This document shows, piece by piece, positions 1-9,977 of a stretch of DNA of 64,000 nt. How positions within the stretch are numbered: position 1 is the stretch's first letter; each line of letters begins with the position of its first letter. The stretch comes from Verrucomicrobiota bacterium (GTDB lineage Bacteria; Verrucomicrobiota; Verrucomicrobiia; Limisphaerales; UBA9464), in assembly GCA_016871805.1 (NCBI GenBank), contig VHCG01000012.1, positions 5,946-69,945 of the forward strand, in the 5' to 3' direction. Below the pieces are notes generated by a model, which had not been told where the DNA came from, searched no databases, and was given only the letters and a program-made list of their open reading frames with translations. The translations under genes and the position numbers were made by a program.

Positions 1-666
1 CCAGCGGCGGGCGAGCAGTATGACGCGCTCCATGTTGTGGAGTTCCGGTGGCGGTTCCCCGTAGCGGACCGGTTCTGCCTCTTCCCCGTAGGATCGACAA
101 ATCAGCCCGAGCAGCCGTTCCTCAAGCGTCATGCGTCCCTCGTTCCAGACCGTCTCACCGGTCCAGGCATAGGCTCGGATGACGCGGCCGTCCGCGAGCC
201 GCGCCCAGCTGTGGAAGTTGAGCACCCGGTCGAGGCTGTAGAAATGGATCTCCCCAACCTGTCGGCTCAGTCCGCTGAGAAAATGGTAGAGCCGGTCGAT
301 GTCGTGCCCGGGATCCGGGATCAGACCCCCGATCACCAGGGTCCACCCGTTGACGGGAGGCGACACAAACCAGGACCTCTCCCGGCAGCGCGCAAGCGCC
401 TCGGACCAGGGGCAGGTGGGAACAGGACGCGAGGCAAGGGCGCTTCGGATGAGGGCGGTATTGCTGCTCCGGATGGCGATCCAGCGGTTCGGGAGCTGGA
501 ATGGGAGCGGGCGACGTCGGACCGGCGTCACCCGGCTCAGTGGATCCTGCCGACGTCCCGCCCGACGCAGCCGACGGAGGCGGTTCCGGTAGACGAAGAA
601 GAAGGCGAAGGCGAGGCCCAGCACGAACCCAAGCGTGCCGAGAAGGCCGATCACCAGCGCATCCAT
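1..666 (-). CDS. hypothetical membrane-anchored protein (partial, runs off left edge)
   Basis: ATG at 666 (minus) opens MDALVIGLLGTLGFVLGLAFAFFFVYRNRLRR..., one TM helix followed by an Arg-rich stretch. A soluble domain follows (...HFYSLDRVLNFHSWARLADGRVIRAYAWTGETVWNEG...). The frame stays open to base 1, so it is absent from the ORF track. Listed + ORF 37..744 is its antisense shadow. Confidence 0.55.
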   Translation of the reverse strand, partial: MDALVIGLLGTLGFVLGLAFAFFFVYRNRLRRLRRAGRRQDPLSRVTPVRRRPLPFQLPNRWIAIRSSNTALIRSALASRPVPTCPWSEALARCRERSWFVSPPVNGWTLVIGGLIPDPGHDIDRLYHFLSGLSRQVGEIHFYSLDRVLNFHSWARLADGRVIRAYAWTGETVWNEGRMTLEERLLGLICRSYGEEAEPVRYGEPPPELHNMERVILLARRW

Positions 667-828
667 AAGCTGGAGTTAAGCCCGCATCGGAATTCCTGCA
701 ATTGCGAAGTCCAGGGATGGGACCGCCCTCCGCGGGATCCATGAGGTCCACGCTGGATCCTTGATGCCGGGTCCTGCAATGGGATTGGCCTTGTTCCATG
801 GGCGCCGTCCCGGTTCTGTCTTCCCCCG

Positions 829-1926
829 ATGAACCGGCCCTTCCATGGATCCCCAGCCCGGGTGGACGACCCGGCCTCGGGTCCGTGGATGGGACTCGAC
901 CGAGTCGGCCTTGGGGAGCGGTTCGTCCAATGGGGCTACAATCCGGTCCATGCCGGACCGGTGCTCCGGAGCCTCCTGACCCGGGGGGCGCTGATGGAAC
1001 CGGACGGTTCCGCACGATGGCCCCAGGGGCTTCGGGAACGGCTGGAGGAAGGTCTGGCCGCCGAAGAAGCCGAGGTGATCCATCGGGCGGAGGCGCCCGA
1101 TGGGACGGTCAAGCTGCTGCTCCGGTTCCCCGATGGGGCGACGGTGGAATCCGTCCTGATGCCCGACTACCGGTCCGACCGGGCCGCCGGCTGCCTGTCG
1201 TCCCAGGTGGGCTGCGCCATGGGCTGTGATTTCTGCGCCACAGCGCAGAGCTTCTTCCGTCGCAACCTCACCGTCGTCGAGATCCTGCACCAGTTCCTGG
1301 CGCTCCGACGCGAGGCGGTGGCGTTGGGACGACGTCTGCAGACCGTGGTCTTCATGGGCATGGGCGAACCCCTGCTCAATCTCACGGCGGTGCTGGGTGC
1401 GGTCCGTCGCATCGGCGACAACGCCCTGGGTGGGCTCGGCTGGAGGCAGATCACGGTGTCGACCGTCGGCATCGTGCCGGGCATCGAGTCCCTCGACCAT
1501 TCCGGGCTGAATGTGAACCTCGCCGTCTCCCTGCATGCGCCGGACGAGGAGACCCGACGGCAGCTGCTCCCCATGGCCCGGCATTTTCCCGTCGGGGACA
1601 TCCTGGCGGCCGCCGACCGCTTCCAGTCCCGACGCCCGCAACCCGTGGTCATCCAATACTGTCTCCTCGACGGGGTGAACGACTCGCCGGCCCATGCGGA
1701 GGGTCTCGCCCGCTTGTTCCGGGACCGCGGCATGCACGTGAACCTGCTCCGCTACAACCCGACCGGGATCGGACTTCGGGGCATCGCCTACCGGCCCTCC
1801 CCGGAACCCGTGGTCGAGGTGTTCGGGGAGATCCTGCGCCGGTCCGGGGTGGTGGCCCATGTGCGCCGATCCCGCGGACAAGGCATCGATGCCGCCTGTG
1901 GCCAGCTGCGGCGCACCGCCGGCTGA
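829..1926 (+). CDS. rlmN: 23S rRNA/tRNA m2A methyltransferase RlmN (radical SAM)
   Basis: Radical-SAM CxxxCxxC (SQVGCAMGCDFCATAQ), GMGEPLLN, and a C-terminal catalytic Cys region (GIDAACGQL). The exact start is uncertain. Confidence 0.9.
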   Translation: MNRPFHGSPARVDDPASGPWMGLDRVGLGERFVQWGYNPVHAGPVLRSLLTRGALMEPDGSARWPQGLRERLEEGLAAEEAEVIHRAEAPDGTVKLLLRFPDGATVESVLMPDYRSDRAAGCLSSQVGCAMGCDFCATAQSFFRRNLTVVEILHQFLALRREAVALGRRLQTVVFMGMGEPLLNLTAVLGAVRRIGDNALGGLGWRQITVSTVGIVPGIESLDHSGLNVNLAVSLHAPDEETRRQLLPMARHFPVGDILAAADRFQSRRPQPVVIQYCLLDGVNDSPAHAEGLARLFRDRGMHVNLLRYNPTGIGLRGIAYRPSPEPVVEVFGEILRRSGVVAHVRRSRGQGIDAACGQLRRTAG

Positions 1927-1948
1927 AGCGCACCGGCTTCCTGGCGGT

Positions 1949-2875
1949 CTACGGCAACCGGCTTCCCCGACTGGCCTCCAGCAGTTCGTACCAGTCCTCC
2001 CGCGACAGCGGGAGGGTCGCCGCGAGGGCCTGTTCCGCGATCCGTTCCGGAGTGCAGGTTCCGAGGATCGGGATGATTCCAGAGAGGTGCCGCAGGAGCC
2101 AGGCAAGCGCCACCACGGACGGGGTGGTCCCGAGGCGCCGGGCCACCGCGACCAGTGCCTCCGCCGTCCGCCGTTGGCGCGCGTCGGTGAGGGATCCGGG
2201 ATCCTGCACCAGCGCTCCGCGTCCAAGCGGGCTCCAGGCCATCGGGCTCATGCCCAGCTCGAGACATTGGTTCAGCGTCCCATCGTCGAGGGTCGCCGTC
2301 TGCAGCAGGCTGATCTCCACCTGGTTCACCACCAGCGGATGCGGGAAGGCCTTCTGGAGGGCCGTCACCTGGGAGGGCGTGAAGTTGCTCACCCCGAACT
2401 CCCGGACCTTGCCGGCCTGGCGGAGATCGACGAAGACGCCCGCGACCTCCGCCGGATCCATCAGATAGTCCGGACGGTGCAGCATGAGGAGATCGATCTC
2501 GTGCAGGCCCATCCGCTTCAGGGAGACCTCGACCGACCGCAGGATGTGCTCCCGGCTGAAGTCGTAGCGGAACGGGGCCTGGGGCGTGGGATCGCCGGAC
2601 CGCCGGATCCCGCACTTGGTCGCGATCACCAGCCGCTGGCGGAGGCCCGGCGATTGGCGCAGGGCGTCGCCCACGATCTCCTCGCAGCGGCCGCCCCCGT
2701 AGATGTCGGCCAGGTCGATGAAGGTGATGCCCGCATCAACCGCCGCATGCAGGGCGCGGATGCCGTATGCCGACCCCTCGATCGACGCCTTCCCCTCCGA
2801 TCCAGCAAGGCGCCATGCGCCATAGGCGAGGACGGAGACCTCGAGCGGGGAACGGCCGAGGGAACGCGTGTCCAT
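1949..2875 (-). CDS. aldo/keto reductase family oxidoreductase
   Basis: 308 aa with AKR-type pattern: LAYGAWRL, ITFIDLADIYGGGRCEEIVG, GVSNFTPSQV. ATG at 2875. Confidence 0.85.
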   Translation of the reverse strand: MDTRSLGRSPLEVSVLAYGAWRLAGSEGKASIEGSAYGIRALHAAVDAGITFIDLADIYGGGRCEEIVGDALRQSPGLRQRLVIATKCGIRRSGDPTPQAPFRYDFSREHILRSVEVSLKRMGLHEIDLLMLHRPDYLMDPAEVAGVFVDLRQAGKVREFGVSNFTPSQVTALQKAFPHPLVVNQVEISLLQTATLDDGTLNQCLELGMSPMAWSPLGRGALVQDPGSLTDARQRRTAEALVAVARRLGTTPSVVALAWLLRHLSGIIPILGTCTPERIAEQALAATLPLSREDWYELLEASRGSRLP

Positions 2876-2944
2876 GCGCGAGGATGGTCCGGGATGCCCG
2901 AGGGCGAGAAGCGGAGAGTTGAGGGAGGCCTGGATCCCAGGCGC

Positions 2945-3616
2945 TCAGCGTCCCGACAGCAGCCGGACCAGGGAGCCGTAGTCGTCGACGATGGCGGTCG
3001 CGTGCCGGAGGCGGTCGGCCGGGAGCGAGTTCGTGATGGCGATCACCCGCATGCCTGCGGCCCGGGCCGCGGTGACGCCGGCGGCGGAGTCCTCGATCAC
3101 GACACAGTCGGCCGGGTCCACCCCCAGCCGCGATGCCGCCAGCAGGAAGATGTCGGGCTCCGGCTTGCCCCTGGCGACATCCTGGGAGCTGACCACCACC
3201 GGGAAATGGCGGTGCAGATCCCGCATCCGGAGCACGGCCCGGATCACGGGGTGACTCGACCCGGAGGCCACCGCCAGACGCGTGACACCCGACAGTCCCT
3301 CGACCAGTTCGACCAGCCCGGGAAAGAGCGGCTGGTCCCGATCGAGGAGCGAGAGCAGGCGATCCTCCTTCAGCCGGATCAGGGTCTCCAGGGGTTGCGG
3401 GGGACGATGCCGCTCGATGAAGTCCACCCAGAGCGCCCGGTCCGAGCGGCCGTAGTAGTCGGGGAAGTGGACCCCGTGGAATTCCCCGTACCCCAGCTCG
3501 TCGAAGACCTCACGGAAGGCGCGTTCGTGTCGCGGTTCGCTGTCCACGATGACCCCGTCCATGTCGAAGATCACGGCGGCGTGGTGGTGATGCGGGCGGG
3601 GGGCTTGGGAGGACAT
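2945..3616 (-). CDS. HAD-superfamily hydrolase (beta-phosphoglucomutase-like subfamily IA)
   Basis: Motif I AVIFDMDGVIVDSE, a KPEPDIF region, and motif IV VIEDSAAGVTAARAAGM. The real ATG is at 3616. The upstream roughly 325 codons of listed ORF 2945..4591 are Arg/Pro-rich shadow sequence. Confidence 0.85.
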   Translation of the reverse strand: MSSQAPRPHHHHAAVIFDMDGVIVDSEPRHERAFREVFDELGYGEFHGVHFPDYYGRSDRALWVDFIERHRPPQPLETLIRLKEDRLLSLLDRDQPLFPGLVELVEGLSGVTRLAVASGSSHPVIRAVLRMRDLHRHFPVVVSSQDVARGKPEPDIFLLAASRLGVDPADCVVIEDSAAGVTAARAAGMRVIAITNSLPADRLRHATAIVDDYGSLVRLLSGR

Positions 3617-3753
3617 CAATGGGTACGGGACGCCACAGGGCGCAGGCCCGAGACGGCACAGCAGACACCGGGGCGGAGTCCGATGGCAATCGTGGCCTGA
3701 TCCGCGTCTGCGTCCTTGCGGGGTTGGGCGTCGGGCATCTATATCGCCACACC

Positions 3754-4386
3754 ATGAATTCCCGCCTGCCCGTGGCCGTTGCGGTCCTCGCCCTGATCGC
3801 CAGCGGATGCTCGATCCAGATCGGCACTTCCCCACGCCCCATCGGTCCGCAGCGATTCGAGGGCGGCCCAGGTCGTCCGCCCCAGATGGATCCGTCGGTC
3901 CGCCAGCAGATCGTCCAGCGCGAGACGGTCGAGATCCGCGGGGGCATGGAGCACCGCGGTCCGGGTTCCGGCCCTGGGGAAGGCGGCAGCTTTGAGGACC
4001 TTCGCATCGAGGTCCGCGCCCATCCGGTCCCGGGCCCCTCCGGAACCTATCGGCTGCAGGCCACTGTCGAACGCAAATCGTCCGGCCAGTCCCGCGGGGA
4101 ACGTCGCGAGGAACATGACCAGATGAACCTCCCGCCCCTCGAGGCCTCCGTGGGCGGCGAGCCGGCGAAGGCGGAGGCCGGTCCGCTCCGGCTGACCTTT
4201 CGGGTGGTGGAGGACTCCGGTCGGCGGGTCGGACTCTACGAGCTGGGGTGGAAGTCCCCGGAAGGCGAGGGGTTGATGCGATCGGGTCGCCTCCTGTTGG
4301 AACAACCAGGGCGCCCGGGTGGACCCGACGGGGAACATCGCCCGGGTCGCGGACCGAAACCCGGCAAGGAGGGTCCGGAATCCTGA
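3754..4386 (+). CDS. putative lipoprotein, unknown function
   Basis: MNSRLPVAVAVLALIASG|CS signal peptide with a lipobox. Third-position GC is high in this frame. No family recognised. Confidence 0.55.
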   Translation: MNSRLPVAVAVLALIASGCSIQIGTSPRPIGPQRFEGGPGRPPQMDPSVRQQIVQRETVEIRGGMEHRGPGSGPGEGGSFEDLRIEVRAHPVPGPSGTYRLQATVERKSSGQSRGERREEHDQMNLPPLEASVGGEPAKAEAGPLRLTFRVVEDSGRRVGLYELGWKSPEGEGLMRSGRLLLEQPGRPGGPDGEHRPGRGPKPGKEGPES

Positions 4387-4420
4387 ACCGGCATCGTTCC
4401 CGGTCCCGCAACGCCTCCCC

Positions 4421-5233
4421 ATGCCCAAGCACACCTGGACCATCGCCGCGTTCCTGTCGCTCTTTGTCCTGATGGGCGTCGGGTTCCTGCAGTACCGGTC
4501 CCAGCAGGGTTCGCTGGACCGCGCGGAGGCTGCGGTGGAGGAGTCCAAGAAGGCCCTCGCGGCGACGCGTTCGGAACAGACCCAGCTCCACACCACGCTG
4601 CAGACGTCCCTCGAGCGGATCGCCGAGCTGGAGGCGGCCATGACCGAGGCGACCCAGAAGCGCTCCGGCCTGGAGGACCAGATGCGCCAGGAGGTGCAGT
4701 CGCGCGACGTCACGATCTCGGAACTCCGCGGCCGGCTCACGGTCGACATTCTAGACCGCGTCCTCTTCGACTCCGGGGAGTCCCGTCTCAAACCCGAGGG
4801 CGAGGCCATCCTGGCCCGCGTGGCCCAGGTGCTGTCCCGGTTCCCGGGTCGGGCGCTCCAGGTCGTCGGACACACCGACAACGTCCCGATCCGAAACCGC
4901 ACCCCTGACGGGTTCACCGACAACTGGGCGCTGTCGGCCGGTCGTGCGGTCTCCGCGGTGCGGTTCCTCGTCGACAAGGCCGGGGTGGATCCGCGTTGGC
5001 TGACCGCGGTGGGCTGTGGGGAATTCCATCCCATCGCTCCGAACGACGCCCCCGAGGGCCGGGCGCGGAACCGTCGCATCGCCATCGTGGTGCTGCCCGA
5101 GGAACTCGCCGCGACCGATCTCCCGAAACCGAAACCCGCTCCGGAGCCAGCCCCCGATCCCGTCCCCCCAGCCGCCCCTGAGGCCAGCGCCGAATCCAAA
5201 GCCGTCGAGGAGGCCCCGAAGTTGGCGCCGTGA
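4421..5233 (+). CDS. OmpA/MotB-family peptidoglycan-binding protein with N-terminal TM helix and coiled coil
   Basis: TM helix TIAAFLSLFVLMGVGFL, a roughly 100-aa coiled-coil-like segment, and an OmpA-like C-terminal domain (VVGHTDNVPI...NWALSAGRAVSAVRFL...GRARNRRIAIVV). Confidence 0.8.
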   Translation: MPKHTWTIAAFLSLFVLMGVGFLQYRSQQGSLDRAEAAVEESKKALAATRSEQTQLHTTLQTSLERIAELEAAMTEATQKRSGLEDQMRQEVQSRDVTISELRGRLTVDILDRVLFDSGESRLKPEGEAILARVAQVLSRFPGRALQVVGHTDNVPIRNRTPDGFTDNWALSAGRAVSAVRFLVDKAGVDPRWLTAVGCGEFHPIAPNDAPEGRARNRRIAIVVLPEELAATDLPKPKPAPEPAPDPVPPAAPEASAESKAVEEAPKLAP

Positions 5234-5273
5234 CTTCGGAACAGTCGAAGACCGGGTCGACGGAAAAGGGTGG

Positions 5274-5295
5274 GTGATGCAGTGCCCTGCATCAC
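5274..5295. terminator. perfect 9-bp hairpin between convergent genes (candidate bidirectional terminator)
   Basis: gtgatgcag-tgcc-ctgcatcac lies between the OmpA-like stop (5233) and the secreted-protein stop (5334). There is no U-tract. Confidence 0.35.
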
Positions 5296-5333
5296 GGGGT
5301 GCGGAATCCCGGTTGGATCCCAACCACGGCAGC

Positions 5334-6545
5334 TCAGCGGAAGCCCAGGCGGAGGACCCCGTCCGACTGGGACACCGATGAGATCGTCGGAGCACCTGTC
5401 CCGGAGAGCCGATAGTATCGGGTCGATGCGGGCAGCGGGATCGAGATGGTCCCAGCCCCGGCGTCCAGGGTCCCGGTCGTGTCCGGGGAATAGGGCCCCT
5501 CCAGCAGGGGGGCGCTCAGCAGCGTCGGCCCGGCCGGCGCCGGGGCACCGAAGGTCCACGACACCGACTGCTCGCCGTCGGCATCGCTGAAGCGGATCCG
5601 GCCTGCATGCGTTTGCGCCGGGTCGAGTGGGGCGTCCGGGGTGTGGGTGAGGATCAGGATCGGATCGAGATCCACGAGGTCGAACGCCGCGGCCTTCCCG
5701 TCGATCTCGAGTCGGATTGTCTCCGACAGGACCGTGGTCTCGAGGTGAGCGAGGCGGACCACGACGGTGCCGGCCGGTTCCGCGAACACCTCGCCCGAGG
5801 CCGGAGTGGCATCGAGGAAGGTCGCCCGGACCTTGGCAGGGACCGAGACCCTAAAATTGTCGAAGCGTCCGTCGATCCGGCTGGTCTCCTCGATGGCGAA
5901 CGCGAAGACCCCGGTCCGTCCCGAGGCGTGCGAGGAGTCGCGTCCGGCCACGGAATGGAGCGGAACGGTCAGGTTGGTGCTGGCATAGACCTGTCCCAGC
6001 AGGTTCGGTCCCGCGGCGGTGAAGATGAAGCGGTATCGGTGGTCGGCGTTGAGACGGAACAGGGATTCGTCGACCTGTGCGGCCGGGAGCTCATTGTTGA
6101 CGAGGGTGATCTGGTGGAATCCGGACCGCGCGTTGTAGTTGAAGGTGTAGCCGGTGGTGGTGGCGGGACCGAGGTTCCCGGCGCGGGCGACGAGGCCGAC
6201 GGACTGTACCTGGGAATCATCCCAGCCGAAGACGTCGGCCTCCACCTGGACCCAGTCGAACTGCGCGGCCGGGAAGAAGGACCCGGAGCGGGCGGTGCCC
6301 ATGAGTGCGGGGTTGGGTGGTGGGTCCATCCGGATCCGGTATGCCCCTGCCGGGAAGGTGAAGCTGGCGTTGATCCCGAAGGCCTTGAGGGGTTCGTAAC
6401 GGGTCCAGCCCGTGTCGTTGCCCGCGTCGAAGGAGAACGACTGGGCCTGGAGACCTCCGATGGGGATCCCGAGCCCGGCGGTGATCAGGGTGAGCCAGGG
6501 TTTCAGGAGCCTCGCCATTCCATTCCGTGGAGTTCTTAGATTCAT
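5334..6545 (-). CDS. secreted hypothetical protein (possible concanavalin/LamG-like N-terminal domain plus Ig-like C-terminal part)
   Basis: Signal peptide MNLRTPRNGMARLLKPWLTLITAGLGIPIGGLQAQS. The remainder is rich in beta-strand-like sequence. ATG at 6545 is preferred over the listed upstream start at 6593. Confidence 0.6.
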   Translation of the reverse strand: MNLRTPRNGMARLLKPWLTLITAGLGIPIGGLQAQSFSFDAGNDTGWTRYEPLKAFGINASFTFPAGAYRIRMDPPPNPALMGTARSGSFFPAAQFDWVQVEADVFGWDDSQVQSVGLVARAGNLGPATTTGYTFNYNARSGFHQITLVNNELPAAQVDESLFRLNADHRYRFIFTAAGPNLLGQVYASTNLTVPLHSVAGRDSSHASGRTGVFAFAIEETSRIDGRFDNFRVSVPAKVRATFLDATPASGEVFAEPAGTVVVRLAHLETTVLSETIRLEIDGKAAAFDLVDLDPILILTHTPDAPLDPAQTHAGRIRFSDADGEQSVSWTFGAPAPAGPTLLSAPLLEGPYSPDTTGTLDAGAGTISIPLPASTRYYRLSGTGAPTISSVSQSDGVLRLGFR

Positions 6546-6716
6546 GGTGCCTTGGGTCGGAGACCTTCCTGACAGAAAAATATCCGACAGCAACTCTGCA
6601 GTGGAGGAGAGGCGAGTGGAGCGAGCCCTGTTTTACGCGGCCGGCTGCAGCGTAAGGGAGAACCCCGCGATGGCTTGATACGCGGTCTCAGTGGATCAAC
6701 TCTTTCACAGGACCCT

Positions 6717-6802
6717 TGGTGCCGCGGGCGGGACTTGAACCCGCACGACCTTGCGGTCTGGGGATTTTAAGTCCCCTGCGTCTGCCATTTCGCCACAGCG
6801 GC
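6717..6802 (-). tRNA. tRNA-Leu (anticodon UAA), class II with long variable arm, CCA encoded
   Basis: The reverse complement reads gccgctg-tg-gcgaaatggcagacgc-a-gggga-cuUAAaa-ucccc-agaccgcaaggucgu-gcggg-uucaagu-cccgc-ccgcggc-a-cca. There is one T:C mismatch in the acceptor stem (position 6:67). Confidence 0.85.
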
Positions 6803-6971
6803 CCAGGTTGGTGCAGGGGGTGATCCGGGTCCGTCGGAACGTCCCACCCCTGCCGTCGCGGCACGCTACGGTCGGGACCGCGACGCGGGCAAGCTTGGGA
6901 CATACGACTGGCCGGACTCCGTTGGGATGTCGTAAGGACCTGGCCCTCCACCGGTCGTCCGTGGTCCCTCC

Positions 6972-7484
6972 ATGGCCAATGGGCACCCAACCCCAAGAAT
7001 CCCACCCATGGCCGAGCCACGGTTCCTCAGACTCGATCTCCCTGTCGCCGAGATCCTCATCCGACTGGCGACGGCGACCCTCGTCGGTGCCTTGATCGGA
7101 TTGAACCGCGAGCTGCGTCACAAGGCCGCCGGGCTGCGGACCCAGGCTCTTGTCGCCCTGGGATGCGCCACCGCGATCCTCGTCACGGCCGGACTCGGCA
7201 GCGCCAGCGGGACTCCGGATGTCAACGCGGTCAGCCGCGTGATCCCAGGCGTGCTCACCGGGGTTGGGTTCCTCGGTGGCGGGGCCATTGTGTGAGGGTC
7301 CAATGATTCCCACATCCAGGGCCTGACCACTGCGGCCAGCATCTGGATCTCCGCGACCCTTTGGGTTGCTTGTGGCGTCGGATTCTGGGGGCTGTCGCTG
7401 ACCGTGATGGCCCTTGCGCTGTGTGTGCTGCACGGAGGGGTGTGGGTGGAACGCTGGGTCCATCAGCGGCAGGACGTCGGGTGA
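6972..7484 (+). pseudogene. mgtC: MgtC/SapB-family membrane protein interrupted by an in-frame TGA (7293..7295)
   Basis: N-terminal half: ...LIGLNRELRHKAAGLRTQALVALGCA...GVGFLGGGAIV. After the TGA the same frame continues GSNDSHIQGLTTAASIWISATLWVACGVGFWGL... to a TGA at 7482..7484. Both halves match the MgtC family pattern. The likely start is the ATG at 7008. Confidence 0.75.
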
Positions 7485-7660
7485 ACTGTTGGGCTGGGAT
7501 CCGGGTCGACCGGGCGTGGCGGCCTGCCCAAACAGATGCCGCCCACCGGCGCACGCCTCGCATTCCATAAATCCCGCCTGAACTTCGAGTCCCTTTCGCA
7601 CACGTTGCTTGTCGGGCTTCAGTCCATTGTTCAGCGTCCGACGACGGTCGCGCCGTCGTT

Positions 7661-9355
7661 ATGACTCCTTCCCGAAGCCTCCGCTCTCTCCTGCTCGCCA
7701 TCCTGACCCTCGCCCTTTGTCCAGTTCGGTCCGCCGATGTCGTCACCCCGGCCGACACGATCTTCATCAACGGCCCGGTCCTGACCATCCTGCCCCGGGG
7801 CGAGGCCTCGGCATTGTCGGTCCGTGGCGGACGGATCGTCGCGGTGGGCGATATGAGGACGGTCCGTCGGTTCCAGGGCACCAACACGGAGGTCGTCGAC
7901 CTCAAGGGGGCGACGCTCATGCCGGGATTTGTGGAACCGCATGTCGACATCAACGTCACCGCTATCAACCTCGGAATGGTTCAGGTCGGCTCCGAGAAGC
8001 CGGGTGGGATGTCGGTCGCCGAGGCGAAGGAGGCGATGGCTGCTGCGGTGCCGAAGATTCCGGCGGGCGGGTGGCTACTGGCCAATTCCTTCGACCCCTC
8101 GCGCACCACGCCGCTGTTCGCCGAACTCAACGCCGAGGAACTGGACGCGATCTCCAAGGACGTTCCGATCTTCGTCCTGAACGCCTCGGGCCACATCGGC
8201 TACGTGAACCACAAGGCCATCGAGCTCGCGGGTCTCGCCGACAAGACCCCCGATCCGCCGAGCGGCCGGTATGGACGGGACAGCCAGGGGCGGCTGACCG
8301 GCCAGCTTTTCGGGCCGTCGTCGTTCGTGCCGTTCTTCGCAAAGATCCCGCCGCCGAAGCCTGCGAACGTCCGGGCCGCCTTCCTGCAGACCCTTCGGAG
8401 CATGTCGGCCAAGGGCGTCACGACCGCTGGCGACCTCAACACGGGCCTGGCCCTCGGCCTGGACACCGAGATCGCCCTCCTCAAATCCCTCGCGGCCGAG
8501 TCACCGGTCCGGGTCCGCTGCTATCTCGCCTACCTGGCATTGCTCGGGAAGATGCCCCCGGTACGTCCCTTCGAGGGGGATGACAAGGTCGGGTTCGTCG
8601 GCATCAAGGTGACCGCCGACGGATCCATTCAGGGCTACACCGCCGCGGTGGGCATCCCCTATGTCGGGACGACCAATCGTGGGGTGCTCGACTGGCCGGA
8701 GACGCAGGATCTGATCGGCAAGCTCCGTCCCTACTATGATGCCGGATGGCAGATCGCGACCCACGCCAACGGGGACCGAGCGATCGACCAGACGCTGGAG
8801 GTCTACGGGAGCCTGCTGGCCCACACGCCCGACAAGGCGTCGCGGCGGCTACGCATCGAACATTTCACCGTGCCCACGCCTACCCAGCTCGAACGTGTGC
8901 GGGACCTGGATGTAAGCGTCAGCATGACCATTGGGCATGTCTACTTCTGGGGATCGGTCTTCCAACGGGCGATCCTCGGTGCGGACCGGGCCGCGCGGAT
9001 CGATCCGGCCGGGGACCTCAAGCGCCTGGGAATCCGGTACTCGTTCCACAGCGATTCGACGGTCACGAGCGTCGATCCCCTCCGCTATCTGATGAATGCG
9101 GTCACCCGCATCCCACAGCAGAACGACGGAAAGGTGCTGGGGCCGAAGCAGCGGATTTCGATCGACGACGCACTCCAGGCGATGACGCTCGACGCGGCCT
9201 ACCAGATGTTCCTAGACGATCGGGTGGGTAGCCTCGAGGTGGGTAAATATGCGGACCTCATCGTCCTGGACCGTAACCCACGGCGGGTGGATCCAGCTGA
9301 CCTGGGGTCGCTCAAGATCCAGCGCGTCTATCTGGGTGGTGTTCGGCAGCCGTGA
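7661..9355 (+). CDS. secreted amidohydrolase-3 family metal-dependent hydrolase (YtcJ-like)
   Basis: Signal peptide MTPSRSLRSLLLAILTLALCPVRSA. TIM-barrel amidohydrolase pattern: LMPGFVEPHVDIN, ATHANGDRAID, FHSDSTVTS, LDRNP near the C-terminus. Confidence 0.8.
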   Translation: MTPSRSLRSLLLAILTLALCPVRSADVVTPADTIFINGPVLTILPRGEASALSVRGGRIVAVGDMRTVRRFQGTNTEVVDLKGATLMPGFVEPHVDINVTAINLGMVQVGSEKPGGMSVAEAKEAMAAAVPKIPAGGWLLANSFDPSRTTPLFAELNAEELDAISKDVPIFVLNASGHIGYVNHKAIELAGLADKTPDPPSGRYGRDSQGRLTGQLFGPSSFVPFFAKIPPPKPANVRAAFLQTLRSMSAKGVTTAGDLNTGLALGLDTEIALLKSLAAESPVRVRCYLAYLALLGKMPPVRPFEGDDKVGFVGIKVTADGSIQGYTAAVGIPYVGTTNRGVLDWPETQDLIGKLRPYYDAGWQIATHANGDRAIDQTLEVYGSLLAHTPDKASRRLRIEHFTVPTPTQLERVRDLDVSVSMTIGHVYFWGSVFQRAILGADRAARIDPAGDLKRLGIRYSFHSDSTVTSVDPLRYLMNAVTRIPQQNDGKVLGPKQRISIDDALQAMTLDAAYQMFLDDRVGSLEVGKYADLIVLDRNPRRVDPADLGSLKIQRVYLGGVRQP

Positions 9356-9440
9356 TCCCCGAGGTGCTGCGGTTGCAGTGCCGGGCCCCACCACATTGGG
9401 ACATTGGGTCTTCCCATTTGCCGGGTGAGACCTAGCCTCC

Positions 9441-9865
9441 GGACGTCTTGGAAGGGCGGGGCATCGCTGGTGGCGCAATCCACTGGAGGAAAGTCCGAAC
9501 TCCTCAGGGCACGGGGCCGCGGAAACCGTCCGCATCCGGCGCGAGCCGGTGAAGGGCGGCCTGACCGCGGGCACGGCGGACCCAAGTCCGTCGTGACAGA
9601 CAGTGCCACAGAGAATGAACCGCCGGGGTCGCAAGGCTTCGGTAAGGGTGAAAAGGCGGGGTAAGAGCCCACCGCCCGGTGTGTAAGCATCGGGGCACGG
9701 AAAACCTCCCCGGGAGCAAGGCCAAGTAGAGGACCCAGACGCGGCCCGCGTCGTGGCCACGCAAGTGGACGGGTCCCGGGTACCGGTCGCAGAGAGGAAT
9801 GATGCCCGGCCGTCGGGTCACACCGACGGACACAGAATTCGGCTTACAGCCCTTCCAAGACGTCC
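9441..9865 (+). ncRNA. rnpB: RNase P RNA, bacterial type A
   Basis: A 17-bp P1 helix pairs ggacgtcttggaagggc (9441-9457) with gcccttccaagacgtcc (9849-9865). Universal motifs are present: GGAGGAAAGTCCG, ACAGAGAATGAACCGCC, GGTAAGGGTGAAAAGGCGGGGTAAGAGCCCACCG, GAGCAAGGCCAAGTAG and ACAGAATTCGGCTTA. Confidence 0.9.
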
Positions 9866-9977
9866 CTCGGGCCATCCCGTACGCCGGGGAGGTATGGACG
9901 GTTCGAGTCCCCCTCGCCGCCTCTCCTGTTCGTGTCTTCCCCTTTTCCCTCCGAGAGGTCTCCGCCAGACTCCCCGG

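Noticed and set aside
7293-7295. The TGA in mgtC as selenocysteine or TGA reassignment.
   Set aside because: TGA terminates many intact genes here (rlmN, asd and others). No SECIS-like hairpin follows. The column is normally a basic residue, so CGA to TGA nonsense is the simpler explanation.
9897-9913. A tRNA T-arm-like GGTTCGAGTCC motif just downstream of rnpB.
   Set aside because: The flanking bases do not form a 5-bp T stem (gacgg against ccccc), and no acceptor or anticodon arms can be drawn.
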